64,000 bases of DNA from Oculatellaceae cyanobacterium bins.114 (GTDB lineage: Bacteria; Cyanobacteriota; Cyanobacteriia; Elainellales; Elainellaceae): positions 1 through 64,000 of the forward strand of contig JANRJA010000160.1 in assembly GCA_033764315.1 (NCBI GenBank), given 5' to 3'. Below are positions 32,123 to 42,652 of this stretch, one piece after another. Within the stretch, counting starts at the first letter, position 1, and each line of letters starts with the position of its first letter. Both the position numbers and the translations under genes were made by a program. The notes below the pieces were generated by a model that was not told the DNA's origin, did not search any database, and saw nothing but the letters and a program-made list of their open reading frames with translations.

Positions 32123-35100
32123 ATGCATACAACTTCTTTGAGGGAATTCGTTGAGATTATCCCAGTCTGCGTCGCCACCGCTAGCCTGGATGTTGTGCTG
32201 AGCTTATTTCGACAGACCCAGTTTAAACGGCTGTTGTTAGTGGATGAGCACTGTGCGCCAGTCGGAATATTTGATTTTCACCACTTGCTCCCTTATCTCT
32301 TGACAGCTTCGGCTGAGGAGGGCGACCCCTCAATCAATCCTGACCCTACGCCATCCGCCTCGTTTGAGCTAACCCAATTCTCAATTGAGCCGTTTGAGAC
32401 ACTGTCGATCGATTGGCAACTTCCTCAAGTGCTCGCTCGTTTACAAACCAGGCGATCGCCCCATTGGGTTGTGGTGGATGCCTCTGGTGCCAGTGTTGGA
32501 TTGTTAGATCAGCTCAAGTTTTGGCAGCGATATTTGGCACACTCAATGCCTGTGTTGCCGACCCACACACCCGATCAACCCTTTTTAGAGACGCCCAGGG
32601 TAGAAGCATCTAAACCCACTCTGACTCCAGCTTTTGAAAAGCATTTTCAAATTCAATTGTTTTCACAATTGGTTCAGGTGCTCGAGCAATTGCCCATTCC
32701 GATTATGTTGCAAACCGGGGATGGGCGGGTGATTGGTCAAAATTTGGCGTGGCGGCAGCAAATCGGGGAGTTGAAGGATCTGTCCACTATTCAACGAGAA
32801 GCCGCCCTGTTTTTAGAAACGTTTCCAGTGGCATCAGATGAACCAGGCTCTCTGGAGAGCTTTATGGATGCCTCTGATCGATATGCGGATCAATCTGCCT
32901 CAGTGCACTCGACGGCTCTACCGCGATCGCCTGATTCATCGTTCACAACAACCCACTATTTCAGTAAAGGGGTGTCTGTTCAGTCTTCCACTCCTCAAAC
33001 ACCGCCTCCTACAGTTTGTCATTTAGGCGCAAACTCTAACACCTGTGTCTGTGTTTGTTCCTTAAAAAACGGCCAGGAACGCATCTGGCAATTTATCAAA
33101 ATTCCCTTGCAGGTCGCCGCTGATCACCCAGCCATAAACTGGTCTAATTCCGCCACGATTGCTGAGCATCTTGTGACGATGCCGCAATTTCACTTGGCTT
33201 CGTTAGCATCTAGTCTTGACGTCACTGAAGCTCTTGAGAGTTTATCTGCGATCGCCCTATCTGAAACGTTGTGGCTTGTGCAAGCTCAAGACACCACCGA
33301 ACAACAGCAGGTTGCTAAAGAATTAGCTGCTAAAAATGCAGATTTAATTCAGCTCAACCGCCTCAAAGACGAATTTTTAGCCTGTATTAGCCATGAACTC
33401 AAAACCCCTCTGACTTCAATACTGGGGTTATCGAGCTTGCTCAAAGATCAATTGTTAGGACCGCTAAACGAGCGTCAAGCCCGCTATACTCAACTGATTT
33501 ATCAGGGCGGGCGACACCTGATTTTGATTGTGAATGACATTCTGGATCTGACTCGCATTGAGACAGGTCAGTTAGAGTTGATTCCAGAGCCAGTCAACGT
33601 TGAGTTGGTGTGTCATCGGGCTTTTGACCAAGCACGGCACTTATTGCTAAGCGCAGACAATGGCAGTTTAGATCATCAAACTGAACTTAAACTGGAAACA
33701 AAGTTTTCGCTTGAAATCGACCCCAATCTCACCACGCTCATTGCGGACGAACTGCGATTACGCCAGATGCTCGCTAATTTGTTATCAAATGCGCTGAAAT
33801 TTACAGAGATTGGTGGCGATATTGGCTTACAGGTTGGTTTTTGGGAAGGTTGGATTGCTTTTACAGTATGGGATACCGGAATTGGCATTCCGACCAATAA
33901 GCAACACCTCATCTTTCAAAAGTTTCAACAACTTGAAAATCCTCTGACTCGTCGGTTTGAAGGCACAGGCCTGGGGTTGGTGCTGACTCAACGTCTGGCT
34001 CGTTTGCATGGAGGGGATGTCACGTTTACGTCGGCTGAAGGCAAGGGAAGCGAGTTTACGCTGTTGCTACCCCCTAGCCCACCTACTCCCCAGGGCATCA
34101 ATCTTACTCCAGAGGTTATCAACTTTCCGCAGGTTGTGCTTAGCAAACGCCTCGTCATGGTAGTTGAGGCGGTTCCGCAATTTTTAGAAGATTTGACTCA
34201 ACAGTTAATGGGGCTGGGATATCGAGTGGCGATCGCCCGCTCTGGGACAGAGGCACTCGAAAAAATTCGCCGCCTGCAACCTGCCATCGTCTTTTTAAAC
34301 CCCGGTTTGCCCTTACTGTCAGGCTGGGATGTTTTGACCCTGCTCAAGTCAGATAGTGAGACTCGCCACATTCCCGTAGTTGTGACCGCCACACGAGTCG
34401 AAAAGAGTCAAGCTTATAGTAATGGGGCAAATAGCTTTTTGAGCTTGCCCATTCAAACCAGTGCTTTGCAGCACAGCCTGGAATATTGGATCGATCGCCC
34501 TTCTCAAGAGGAGGCTAATGAGTCGCAAACTACTCTGACTGTCCTACATCTGCGCCCTATAGTCGAGGACACTCAAAGCTTTGAAGATGACTTTAACCCC
34601 TATCAGCCTTTGATTACAGACTTAAGTAGTCTGCTTCATCCTTATCACTGCCGAGTGCTAGAAGTTGATGATCTAGAGCAAGCTGATTTGTTGGTTCGAG
34701 TGTGGAAACCAGACCTGATCTTGCTAGATGGCACGATGGCAAATCCGGTTCATTATTTGATTCAACTCAGTCAATCCCCATTTTTGGCAGCCTTGCCCCT
34801 GGTTACGCTAACACCAGAGATGACCCAGGCGGCCAACCATGTGCCAGAACTGGCGGTGTTTCCCTGTCTTGCGGCTCTCAATTCCACTTCTCCTGAGTCA
34901 ACGCAATCGGATGTCTTAGCCCTGTGGCAAGTGATGCAAATTGCGGTGGGCACCCATTGGAGTTCTCATATTTTGATCGCTGATTTAGCGACGTTACCGC
35001 TTGATTTGTCTCCAGACACTGGAAATAGCCTCAATGAAGCTTTGGCGTTTACTGCACAGTTTCCAGAGGAGATGGTTGCCCATAATCCCTCTAACTCTAA

Positions 35101-35449
35101 GGTAAATGAGTGGTTGCAGGTGTTGCTGCAATATGTCCAGACGGCTAAATTTCAAGCGTCTTTGGGTCATTCTTGGGCAGATGTGCTGCACCAAATTAAA
35201 CACGGGGGTGTCGATCTATTGCTGTTGTGTGTTCATACCACTGAACTGCAAGCGTTGAAGCCTGCCATTCAAGCATTAGCCCAACTAGAAGCCAAACCCC
35301 CAATCTTAGTGTGGAACTGCTCTTCACAAAACCTGCTTGATGAGTTGTTAATGGCCTCTGTGGGGGCGATCGCTACTCGTGTTCTTCCTGCTTCGTTGTC
35401 GATGCAAGAGCTATTGGAAGAGATACAGCAAATTTTGAAAACTCACTAA
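32123..35449 (+). CDS. Hybrid histidine kinase with N-terminal CBS-like region and three degenerate receiver-like domains
   Basis: SHELKTPL, NLLSNALKFT, DTGIGI, GTGLGL; first receiver has VFLNP in place of the phospho-Asp. Confidence 0.9.
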   Translation: MHTTSLREFVEIIPVCVATASLDVVLSLFRQTQFKRLLLVDEHCAPVGIFDFHHLLPYLLTASAEEGDPSINPDPTPSASFELTQFSIEPFETLSIDWQLPQVLARLQTRRSPHWVVVDASGASVGLLDQLKFWQRYLAHSMPVLPTHTPDQPFLETPRVEASKPTLTPAFEKHFQIQLFSQLVQVLEQLPIPIMLQTGDGRVIGQNLAWRQQIGELKDLSTIQREAALFLETFPVASDEPGSLESFMDASDRYADQSASVHSTALPRSPDSSFTTTHYFSKGVSVQSSTPQTPPPTVCHLGANSNTCVCVCSLKNGQERIWQFIKIPLQVAADHPAINWSNSATIAEHLVTMPQFHLASLASSLDVTEALESLSAIALSETLWLVQAQDTTEQQQVAKELAAKNADLIQLNRLKDEFLACISHELKTPLTSILGLSSLLKDQLLGPLNERQARYTQLIYQGGRHLILIVNDILDLTRIETGQLELIPEPVNVELVCHRAFDQARHLLLSADNGSLDHQTELKLETKFSLEIDPNLTTLIADELRLRQMLANLLSNALKFTEIGGDIGLQVGFWEGWIAFTVWDTGIGIPTNKQHLIFQKFQQLENPLTRRFEGTGLGLVLTQRLARLHGGDVTFTSAEGKGSEFTLLLPPSPPTPQGINLTPEVINFPQVVLSKRLVMVVEAVPQFLEDLTQQLMGLGYRVAIARSGTEALEKIRRLQPAIVFLNPGLPLLSGWDVLTLLKSDSETRHIPVVVTATRVEKSQAYSNGANSFLSLPIQTSALQHSLEYWIDRPSQEEANESQTTLTVLHLRPIVEDTQSFEDDFNPYQPLITDLSSLLHPYHCRVLEVDDLEQADLLVRVWKPDLILLDGTMANPVHYLIQLSQSPFLAALPLVTLTPEMTQAANHVPELAVFPCLAALNSTSPESTQSDVLALWQVMQIAVGTHWSSHILIADLATLPLDLSPDTGNSLNEALAFTAQFPEEMVAHNPSNSKVNEWLQVLLQYVQTAKFQASLGHSWADVLHQIKHGGVDLLLLCVHTTELQALKPAIQALAQLEAKPPILVWNCSSQNLLDELLMASVGAIATRVLPASLSMQELLEEIQQILKTH

Positions 35450-35570
35450 GACAAGCCATCAAGGGATTGATCAAAAGTGGTGATGATTGATCAGAATTAA
35501 CCTGCTTCTCATCAAAATTAACGGCTTCGCCTTTTATAGTGAAAGTGACGCGGTTTAGCTTGTGATTTCT

Positions 35571-36554
35571 ATGCCCTTTATTCATGTGCCTAAGTCTTGG
35601 CAGCTTCCTGAACGAGTTGTTACATCAAAAGCTGCGTTTTTTCAACGGCGTCGATTTCTCAAAACGTTAACTGGCTTTAGCATTGCAGGTTCCGCTCTGT
35701 CGCTAATTGGGTGTCAATCACAACAAGCTAGCGAAGATATGGCTCCTCTCGCAGGCACAAAAGCGTTAGAGGCGACCTCAAACGCCGCCTTTGTAGAGGG
35801 CGATCGGCCTATCACAAACGAGCTGATTGCTGCTACTTACAATAACTTCTACGAATTTGGCGGTACTAAATCTATCTGGCAAAGTGCTCAGGCGTTGCCC
35901 ACAGACCCCTGGAAAGTTGAAGTGACTGGCTTGGTCAACAATCCACGGGTGTTTGACCTGGATGACTTGCTAACCGAGTTTCCGCTAGAAGAACGTGTGT
36001 ATCGGTTTCGCTGTGTAGAGGCATGGGCAATGGTTGTGCCCTGGTTGGGTTTTCCCATGAATGCTTTGTTAAAAGCAGTTGAACCTGACTCTAATGCCAA
36101 ATTTGTTCGCTTTACCTCCTATTTTGACGCCCAAGTCACTAAGGGACCGGGCTTCCCGCCTGTTCAATTTTTGCCATTCCCCTACACTGAGGGCTTACGC
36201 ATTGAAGAGATGGCCAATGAACTAGCCTTTTTTGCGGTAGGCATCTACGGTCACACGCTGCCAAAACAACATGGTGCTCCGATTCGAGCGGTGTTGCCCT
36301 GGAAGTATGGGTTTAAGGGGGCTAAGTCGATCGTCAAGATCGAGTTTGTGAGCACTCAACCAGCCACTTATTGGAATCGGATTAGCCCTGGGGAATATAA
36401 GTTTGAGTCTAATGTTGACCCTGAAGTGCCTCATCCTCGCTGGTCACAAGCAAAAGAACGGTTGATTAGTCCGGGGGGGCAGTTTGCCTGGGAAGAGGTG
36501 CCGACGCTGAAATACAACGGGTATGGTGAATATGTGGCTTCGCTGTATAGCTGA
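35571..36554 (+). CDS. msrP: Protein-methionine-sulfoxide reductase catalytic subunit MsrP
   Basis: Tat motif RRRFLK, YNNFYEFG, RFRCVEAW, HGAPIR..PWKYGFK, HPRWSQA.E. Confidence 0.93.
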   Translation: MPFIHVPKSWQLPERVVTSKAAFFQRRRFLKTLTGFSIAGSALSLIGCQSQQASEDMAPLAGTKALEATSNAAFVEGDRPITNELIAATYNNFYEFGGTKSIWQSAQALPTDPWKVEVTGLVNNPRVFDLDDLLTEFPLEERVYRFRCVEAWAMVVPWLGFPMNALLKAVEPDSNAKFVRFTSYFDAQVTKGPGFPPVQFLPFPYTEGLRIEEMANELAFFAVGIYGHTLPKQHGAPIRAVLPWKYGFKGAKSIVKIEFVSTQPATYWNRISPGEYKFESNVDPEVPHPRWSQAKERLISPGGQFAWEEVPTLKYNGYGEYVASLYS

Positions 36555-36739
36555 GCATTAGACCTCTGTTGAGGGGAGTGGGTGCTAGACATCCATTCCC
36601 CTCACGAGCACAAATTAAATAACATGGACAACTTGCTTAATGTAAGGGTTTGGCAATGCCAAACCCCTCCACAAAATTGCACTTTAATTTAATCCATAAC
36701 CCTTGATACTGATTCCTTCCAGAGGGTTTATGTATAGCT

Positions 36740-37516
36740 TTAAGGAAAGCGGTGTTCCCTCACCTCAGTGCAGTACGTCTGAACGGCTTGAGTCACCGTC
36801 TCCCGTAAATTGGTGTAAGACTTGGCAAAGGGCGGTTGCCACTCTGACAAACCCAGTAAGTCGGCTGTGACAAGCACCTGTCCATCACAATGGGGCCCCG
36901 CTCCAATGCCGATGGTGGGAATGGTCAGTTTTTGGGTAATTCTCAGGGCAAGCTCTGGGGGAATGTGCTCCAAAATAATGCCAAATGCGCCTGCTTGCTC
37001 TAGTGCGATCGCTTCTTCAACAATGCGATCGCCTGCTTCGGGTGAGGTGCCTTGCTTGCGATAGCCGCCAAACTGATGCACTGACTGTGGTGTTAAGCCG
37101 ACATGACCCAACACCGGAATCCCTGCTTGCACTAACCGCGTTACGGTCGCAGTCATACTGGCATAGCCTCCTTCTAGTTTGACGGCTTGGGCACCTGCCT
37201 CTTTTAAGGCTCGACCTGCTGCTCGAATGGCCTGTTCAGGGCTTTCCTGGTAGCTCATAAACGGCAGATCGACTACAACCAAGGCTTGTTTCACTCCACG
37301 TCGCACGGCTTTGGCATGGTGCAAGATCTCGTCTAGGGTAAGAGGCAACGTTGTCTCATAGCCCAACGCTACCATCGCCAACGAATCTCCGACTAGAATT
37401 AAATCGACCCCAGCTTGATCAACCAGGCTTGCCAAAAGATAATCCCAAGCGGTGACAGCGGCGATCGCCTTGCCCTGCTGTTTAAAACGAATTAACTGCT
37501 GAGTGGTGACTGCCAT
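36740..37516 (-). CDS. panB: 3-methyl-2-oxobutanoate hydroxymethyltransferase
   Basis: [41 protein letters not shown]. Confidence 0.97.
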   Translation of the reverse strand: MAVTTQQLIRFKQQGKAIAAVTAWDYLLASLVDQAGVDLILVGDSLAMVALGYETTLPLTLDEILHHAKAVRRGVKQALVVVDLPFMSYQESPEQAIRAAGRALKEAGAQAVKLEGGYASMTATVTRLVQAGIPVLGHVGLTPQSVHQFGGYRKQGTSPEAGDRIVEEAIALEQAGAFGIILEHIPPELALRITQKLTIPTIGIGAGPHCDGQVLVTADLLGLSEWQPPFAKSYTNLRETVTQAVQTYCTEVREHRFP

Positions 37517-37751
37517 AGGTACAACAATAAAAAAACGCTATCTAGCGAATGCAAATAGGATGAGTTCATCCTGATCAACCTGAGGACGTACTTATAAACG
37601 ATTGTAGTCTCACGCCTTTGGCATTCGTTTCTTCTCTTATTGTTGAGGATGAGGGGGACTCAAACACAACGGGGCGATCGCAAAGTGGTAGATTGATCCT
37701 TTGGAAGCAGTCTTCTCTAATCTCTAATTCACTGCATTCAAGGGAACGATC

Positions 37752-38696
37752 ATGTCGCAGGATCAGCCACCAAAATCAAATCCATTCTCTGACGATGAAT
37801 TGGATGATGTTTGGGATTCGCCCACACCCGATACGACACCTGCACAGCGTCCATCTATCCCAAAATCACCTCCCCCACAACAGCCAACTTCACGCTCTGC
37901 AAGCTCTGTTGCTGCTCAAGTTAGCCGTTGGGTCAATCAGGCTAGCTCAGCCCTCACTGGCTGGTCAAATCAAATTCGCCCTGAGTTAAGCAAGCTATCC
38001 AACAAACTGCAACCCGTCTTAGCCACTGTTGTCGAAAAAATCCGTCCTCTGTTAGGGAAACTGCGAACCTGGTGGAATGTGGCTTTGCCTAACATTCGTC
38101 GAATTTTGCCCGACTCTCTCAATCGGCAGCTTTCAGATCGAATACTGACCAATATTGCGATTGGGTTAGGGGTGGTGTTGTTGTGGAGTTTGCCAGGAAT
38201 TTTATTGGGAAAACCTACTCGTGTGAGCCAGACTCCAACAACGCCGCCTGTCCCTGTGGTGCAACCTGCTCCTAAACCCGAAATTCCAGCGGCGTTGGCT
38301 CCAATCACACCACCCCCACCATCCAATCAACCACCTGCTCCTCCCCCTCCGCTAGACCTGACCCCTGCCCAAAGCTTGATTGCTGCGATTCAAGATCAGG
38401 TGGCTGAAGTCACCAACCAATATGCTAATGGGCTGATTCAATCAGTTCAAGCCAATTTTCGGAGTAGCCGACTCATCGTTAAAGTTGGCCGTGATTGGTA
38501 TGGGTTATCGTCAAATCGCCAAGATACTTTGGCAACCGAGATGCAAAAACGAGCGCAAGAGTTAGGCTTCAACAAGCTAGAAATTACTGATGCTCACGAA
38601 ACCCTATTGGCGCGTAGCCCGGTTGTGGGTGACGTCATGATTGTTTTGCAACGAGAAGAAAACGTAGGGAGTGGGGAAGACAAAGAAAAAGGATGA
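37752..38696 (+). CDS. Hypothetical single-TM protein with Pro-rich linkers
   Basis: 314-aa ORF; TM near residue 135-155; C-terminal domain LIAAIQDQV..WYGL..LLARSPVVG. Confidence 0.8.
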   Translation: MSQDQPPKSNPFSDDELDDVWDSPTPDTTPAQRPSIPKSPPPQQPTSRSASSVAAQVSRWVNQASSALTGWSNQIRPELSKLSNKLQPVLATVVEKIRPLLGKLRTWWNVALPNIRRILPDSLNRQLSDRILTNIAIGLGVVLLWSLPGILLGKPTRVSQTPTTPPVPVVQPAPKPEIPAALAPITPPPPSNQPPAPPPPLDLTPAQSLIAAIQDQVAEVTNQYANGLIQSVQANFRSSRLIVKVGRDWYGLSSNRQDTLATEMQKRAQELGFNKLEITDAHETLLARSPVVGDVMIVLQREENVGSGEDKEKG

Positions 38697-38760
38697 AGGA
38701 TAAGGGATGAAGGATAAGGGATGAAGGATAAGGGGTGAAGGATAAAGGGTGAAGGATAAA
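38691..38760. repeat. Heptamer-based tandem repeat (GGATGAA/GGATAAG, five 14-bp units), STRR-like
   Basis: ggatgaaggataag repeated with variants, beginning at the stop codon of the upstream gene. Confidence 0.85.
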
Positions 38761-38813
38761 AACCAGGAGTATTTATTTCTGATTCTTTCTTGATTTTTCT
38801 TTTTTCCTTTTTC

Positions 38814-39986
38814 TTATCCCCCTCGTTGGTATCGCATTCCTGGGAGTTGAGATATCAGACCCATCAGTTCTAGTTGGGCGAGGGAACTGAGGACTGTTCC
38901 AGTGTCTAATCCCGTGTTTTGGACGATGAGATCAACCGTCAATGGTTCCAGTGGAACTGCTTCAAACACTTTTTTTAGAACGGGTTCATGTAGGAGTGGT
39001 TCTAGGATGAGAGGTTGAGGACGGCTCATTTCGGGGTCTTCATCATCTTCATCAAACAGAGAGAGTTGACTGGTGAGCGATCGCAGTTCGTCTAACTGGG
39101 GTAAGGATTCTAGAGCCGCTAAAAGCTGCTTTTCACCTAAAATCATGTGTGCTCCCGTGTTAATCAGTTCTAGACATCCTCTTGAGCGATTGTTGTCTAG
39201 TGAACCAGGGAGGGCATAAACATCACGACCGTATTCATTGGCGAGACGAGCGGTGATCAGCGCACCTGATTTGTGAGGGGCTTCCATGACTAAAACTACG
39301 CGACTTAAGCCAGCAATGATGCGGTTGCGGCGTGGAAAGTGAACGCGATCGGGCTGTGACCCAGCGGCATATTCACTCACAAGCAACCCCTGTTGCTGAA
39401 CCTGTTGAGATAAGTTGCGGTTTGACCAGGGATACACTACATCGACCCCTGTGCCTAAAACGGCGATCGTCCGTCCTCCAGCCCCTAAGCAAGCGTGATG
39501 GGTTTCGGTGTCTACGCCCTCTGCTAACCCAGAGACAACCGTAAAACCTGCCTGTGCCAGAGCCGCTGTGATTCTGCGCGTCCATCGTCTGCCGTAGTCG
39601 GTCGGTTCACGGGTGCCAACGATCGCCACACAGGGGATGATACCTTGATTTTCTAATGGCTCGACCACACCGCTGTAATACAACACAGGAGGTGGATCGG
39701 GAATCTCAAGCAATAATCGAGGATAGCCCGGATCAGCGGGAGTCCAAAAGTGAGGGTTTTCTTGCTCATGTTGTTGTAAAAGGGCAACCGGATCAAGGCG
39801 CGATCGCTCTTGTACGACGATTGCGGCAATTTGTTCTCCCACCCCTTCTACTGCTTCAAGGGCAGCCGCTTTGGCATACCACGCTTCACTTAATGTCCCA
39901 AAGTGACGCTGCAACCGCAACAACAAAATTGGACCAATTCCATTAATTTGTGACCAGGCAAACCAGAATGCACGTTCCTCTGACAA
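38814..39986 (-). CDS. dprA: DNA-processing protein DprA
   Basis: VAIVGTR, VSGLAEGVD, VLGTG, FPRRNRII, SGALITA..A...GRDV; C-terminal winged helix. TTG start with upstream GGAG. Confidence 0.95.
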   Translation of the reverse strand: MSEERAFWFAWSQINGIGPILLLRLQRHFGTLSEAWYAKAAALEAVEGVGEQIAAIVVQERSRLDPVALLQQHEQENPHFWTPADPGYPRLLLEIPDPPPVLYYSGVVEPLENQGIIPCVAIVGTREPTDYGRRWTRRITAALAQAGFTVVSGLAEGVDTETHHACLGAGGRTIAVLGTGVDVVYPWSNRNLSQQVQQQGLLVSEYAAGSQPDRVHFPRRNRIIAGLSRVVLVMEAPHKSGALITARLANEYGRDVYALPGSLDNNRSRGCLELINTGAHMILGEKQLLAALESLPQLDELRSLTSQLSLFDEDDEDPEMSRPQPLILEPLLHEPVLKKVFEAVPLEPLTVDLIVQNTGLDTGTVLSSLAQLELMGLISQLPGMRYQRGG

Positions 39987-40134
39987 TTCCTACTCCTTGC
40001 AACCCCTAAATTTAACCCTGTCCCCAAGTAGTTGCATGGGTTCCAATTAGAATCATCATGCCCATCCTACTAAACCATCACAACAAAGCCACAAGAACGT
40101 TTTGCGGCTGTGGTAACTAGAGTGTTGCAATCTA

Positions 40135-40196
40135 GTTTTAACTCAACGTTTTAACTTGCGTTTTGACTTAAACGTTTTAACTTAAACGGTTTAACC
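40135..40196. repeat. Five imperfect tandem copies of GTTTTAACT (12-14 bp period)
   Basis: Copies start at 40135, 40148, 40160, 40174 and 40188. Confidence 0.7.
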
Positions 40197-40889
40197 TAAT
40201 TGTTGGGCGCGTTGCTGCTTAAGAAAGTCGAACACACTTTTGTCGCCAATATCAGGTGGAATCGGTTGAATCACTTTACGGATCGCAAAAATGAGAAACA
40301 ACACTGCCCAGGCCACCAATAAAATGAGTTCAACATGGGCAGGCAAAATGTGGGTCAGATGTCCCAACAGCAATAGAGGCACCAGGGGGGTGAGTAGTTT
40401 TGTTTCTAACCGATTAAAACAAAAGGCTTCTTTAAAGAAAATGCCTGTCAGAGCCGCAAAGGTGAAGCCAATTCCCAGAAGTGTTAAGGGCTGTTGAAAG
40501 ACGGTGAGAGCTAAAGGTTGAGCCTTGAGAAGAGTCAGGGCGATCGCAGTAATTGTGCCGACACCCCAAAAGACTTGCAACGCTCGATGCAACGGCAGCA
40601 AATAAATGTGAATCGTCAACAGACTCACACCCAACCCCACCGAAAATAGCCCAAACAGGAGGGTCAATAGCGACAAGACCAGAGCGTGATATGAAGCCGT
40701 CCCTCCACTGAGGTCAGTACTCTGCCACAGGACTAGCCCTACTGCGATCGCAAAACTGACCGCTGCGATCATTAAACCTGCGCGATAAACCACAACTCCC
40801 TGGCGATCGTCAGCTGTAACCGTAAACTCTCCAAACTGCCCCTGATAGACCTCCAGTGGCGTTGACGATGCATCCACCTCTACGTTCAT
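40191..40889 (-). CDS. DUF2301 membrane protein
   Basis: YQGQFGEF, IHIYL..LHR.LQ, LTGIFFKEAFCF, DIGDKSVF. Confidence 0.85.
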   Translation of the reverse strand: MNVEVDASSTPLEVYQGQFGEFTVTADDRQGVVVYRAGLMIAAVSFAIAVGLVLWQSTDLSGGTASYHALVLSLLTLLFGLFSVGLGVSLLTIHIYLLPLHRALQVFWGVGTITAIALTLLKAQPLALTVFQQPLTLLGIGFTFAALTGIFFKEAFCFNRLETKLLTPLVPLLLLGHLTHILPAHVELILLVAWAVLFLIFAIRKVIQPIPPDIGDKSVFDFLKQQRAQQLG

Positions 40890-40914
40890 ACAGTTCCCTC
40901 TCTATAAAATGAGT

Positions 40915-41730
40915 CTATAAATGAGCCAGTTGTAAAACCTGATTAAGCTTGCCACTACGATAACCTTCTAAGTCTAAAGTGACATAGACAAATCCATAGG
41001 ATTGCAGTGCACTCACTAGGGCAGGCAGATCAGTCGTTGAGACAAAGTCTTTGAGTTGCTCTGGAGGTAGCTCAATGCGAGCGGTGTCAGCTTCAGAGCG
41101 AACTCGTAAACTTTTAAGTCCTAAATGGCGCAAATAGCGTTCAGCTCTGCCCACTCGTTGCAACTTACCAACCGTGATCTCTTCGCCGTAGGGAAACCGA
41201 GAACTGAGGCAGGGTTGAGCGGGCTTGTCCCACCAGGGTAGCCCCAACTGTTTTGCCAGTTCACGCACTTCTAATTTGGTGACGCCCACCTCAGCCAGTG
41301 GCGATCGCGCCCCTCGTTCTTTTGCCGCTTGAATGCCCGGTCGATAATCGGACAAATCATCGGCATTAACCCCATCCACCACATAGGGATATCCCCGCTC
41401 GATCGCCAACGGTCTAAGTGTGTCATGCAATTCACTCTTGCAGAAGTAACAGCGATTGACCGGGTTACTGGCGTAGTTGGGGTTCTCTAATTCGTGGGTC
41501 TGCACCACCTCGTGGGCAATACCAATTTCTGCTGCTTGAATGCGGGCATCTTCTAAATCTTCGGGTAACAACGACGGTGACTCAGCAGTCACAGCTAAAG
41601 CGCGATCGCCCAATACATCATAGGCAATCTTGGCGATCAGAGTGCTATCAATCCCTCCTGAATAAGCAATTAATGCCTGATTCATCTCGGTAAACAGCCC
41701 CCGAAGTTGGTCTAATTTCTGCGACAACAT
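40915..41730 (-). CDS. larE: LarE-like ATP-dependent sulfur transferase (PP-loop)
   Basis: AYSGGIDS, NRCYFCK, DYRPG, WDKPAQPCLSSRFPYG, DLEGYRSG. Confidence 0.88.
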   Translation of the reverse strand: MLSQKLDQLRGLFTEMNQALIAYSGGIDSTLIAKIAYDVLGDRALAVTAESPSLLPEDLEDARIQAAEIGIAHEVVQTHELENPNYASNPVNRCYFCKSELHDTLRPLAIERGYPYVVDGVNADDLSDYRPGIQAAKERGARSPLAEVGVTKLEVRELAKQLGLPWWDKPAQPCLSSRFPYGEEITVGKLQRVGRAERYLRHLGLKSLRVRSEADTARIELPPEQLKDFVSTTDLPALVSALQSYGFVYVTLDLEGYRSGKLNQVLQLAHL

Positions 41731-41811
41731 GAACAATCTCAAAATCTATTCGCAACAACAAACAAAGAGTTCTCTTTCCCTCAAGAGTAGCGAATTTTTT
41801 GAGGGGAAGGA

Positions 41812-42282
41812 TTACAGGTTTGCCTGCCTGATGTGATAAACCAGAGCATTCAGCCCTAGCCGATAACTATCTGCCCCAAAGCCGCTAATTTGCCCAATAG
41901 CGACAGGAGCAATATAAGAATGATGGCGAAAGGATTCACGCCGATAGACGTTGCTTAGATGAACTTCGACCGTTGGGATAGCCACAGCGGCGATCGCATC
42001 TCGAATCGCAACACTGGTGTGGGTATAAGCTCCAGGATTGATCAGAATCCCTTGATGGACTCCCAATGCCGCATGAATAGCATCAACCAAGGCACCCTCA
42101 TGATTGGACTGAAAAGGGGAAACATTGACCTCAAGCGATCGCCCTTCTTGCTCCAACATTGCATTAATACTGGACAGCGTTACAGTGCCATAAACTCCTG
42201 GCTCTCTTAAACCCAAAAGGTTTAGGTTAGGGCCATGCAACACCGCGATACTCATTAAAGTTAAAAGCTCAGATTCAGCCAC
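41812..42282 (-). CDS. aroQ: Type II 3-dehydroquinate dehydratase
   Basis: [41 protein letters not shown]. Start GTG 42282 or ATG 42255. Confidence 0.95.
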   Translation of the reverse strand: MAESELLTLMSIAVLHGPNLNLLGLREPGVYGTVTLSSINAMLEQEGRSLEVNVSPFQSNHEGALVDAIHAALGVHQGILINPGAYTHTSVAIRDAIAAVAIPTVEVHLSNVYRRESFRHHSYIAPVAIGQISGFGADSYRLGLNALVYHIRQANL

Positions 42283-42416
42283 TAACGACGCTCTGAATCT
42301 CTCACAGGAATAGGAATCGGCTCTGGTTCTGGCTCTGCCTCAGGACCCAGTAAAGCATCAATTAGCTTACGTGCCCACTCTTTTAACTTTTCCAGTACCT
42401 TTTCGATGTAATCCAT
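42282..42416 (-). CDS. Small protein, 44 aa ([44 protein letters not shown])
   Basis: Read manually; ATG with GAAGGAG upstream; TAG overlaps the aroQ GTG; amphipathic helix plus [10 protein letters not shown]. Confidence 0.75.
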   Translation of the reverse strand: MDYIEKVLEKLKEWARKLIDALLGPEAEPEPEPIPIPVRDSERR

Positions 42417-42652
42417 TAATCAAAAAGCTCCTTCAATGCCGACCAAAGCCATTATTAAACTTAAAGCTTTTAGCCTAACAATGTAAACGCTCAACACCTA
42501 TGTCCTTATATCTGATCATAACCAATCATCGAAAATGATCAAGCCTATTATGAAGCTGTTCCTGACAAATACAAACTTTTTTCAGGAATTGAGATATTTT
42601 CATAGCAGCTGCTATAAGCTACGCTAAACTAACTGATTTGAAATCGTTATAC

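Noticed and set aside
38691..38760. Possible CRISPR array
   Set aside because: Contiguous 7/14-bp units with no spacers and no cas genes.
40915..41730. Lactate racemase (lar) cofactor cluster
   Set aside because: Only a larE-like gene is present; no larA, larB or larC in the window.
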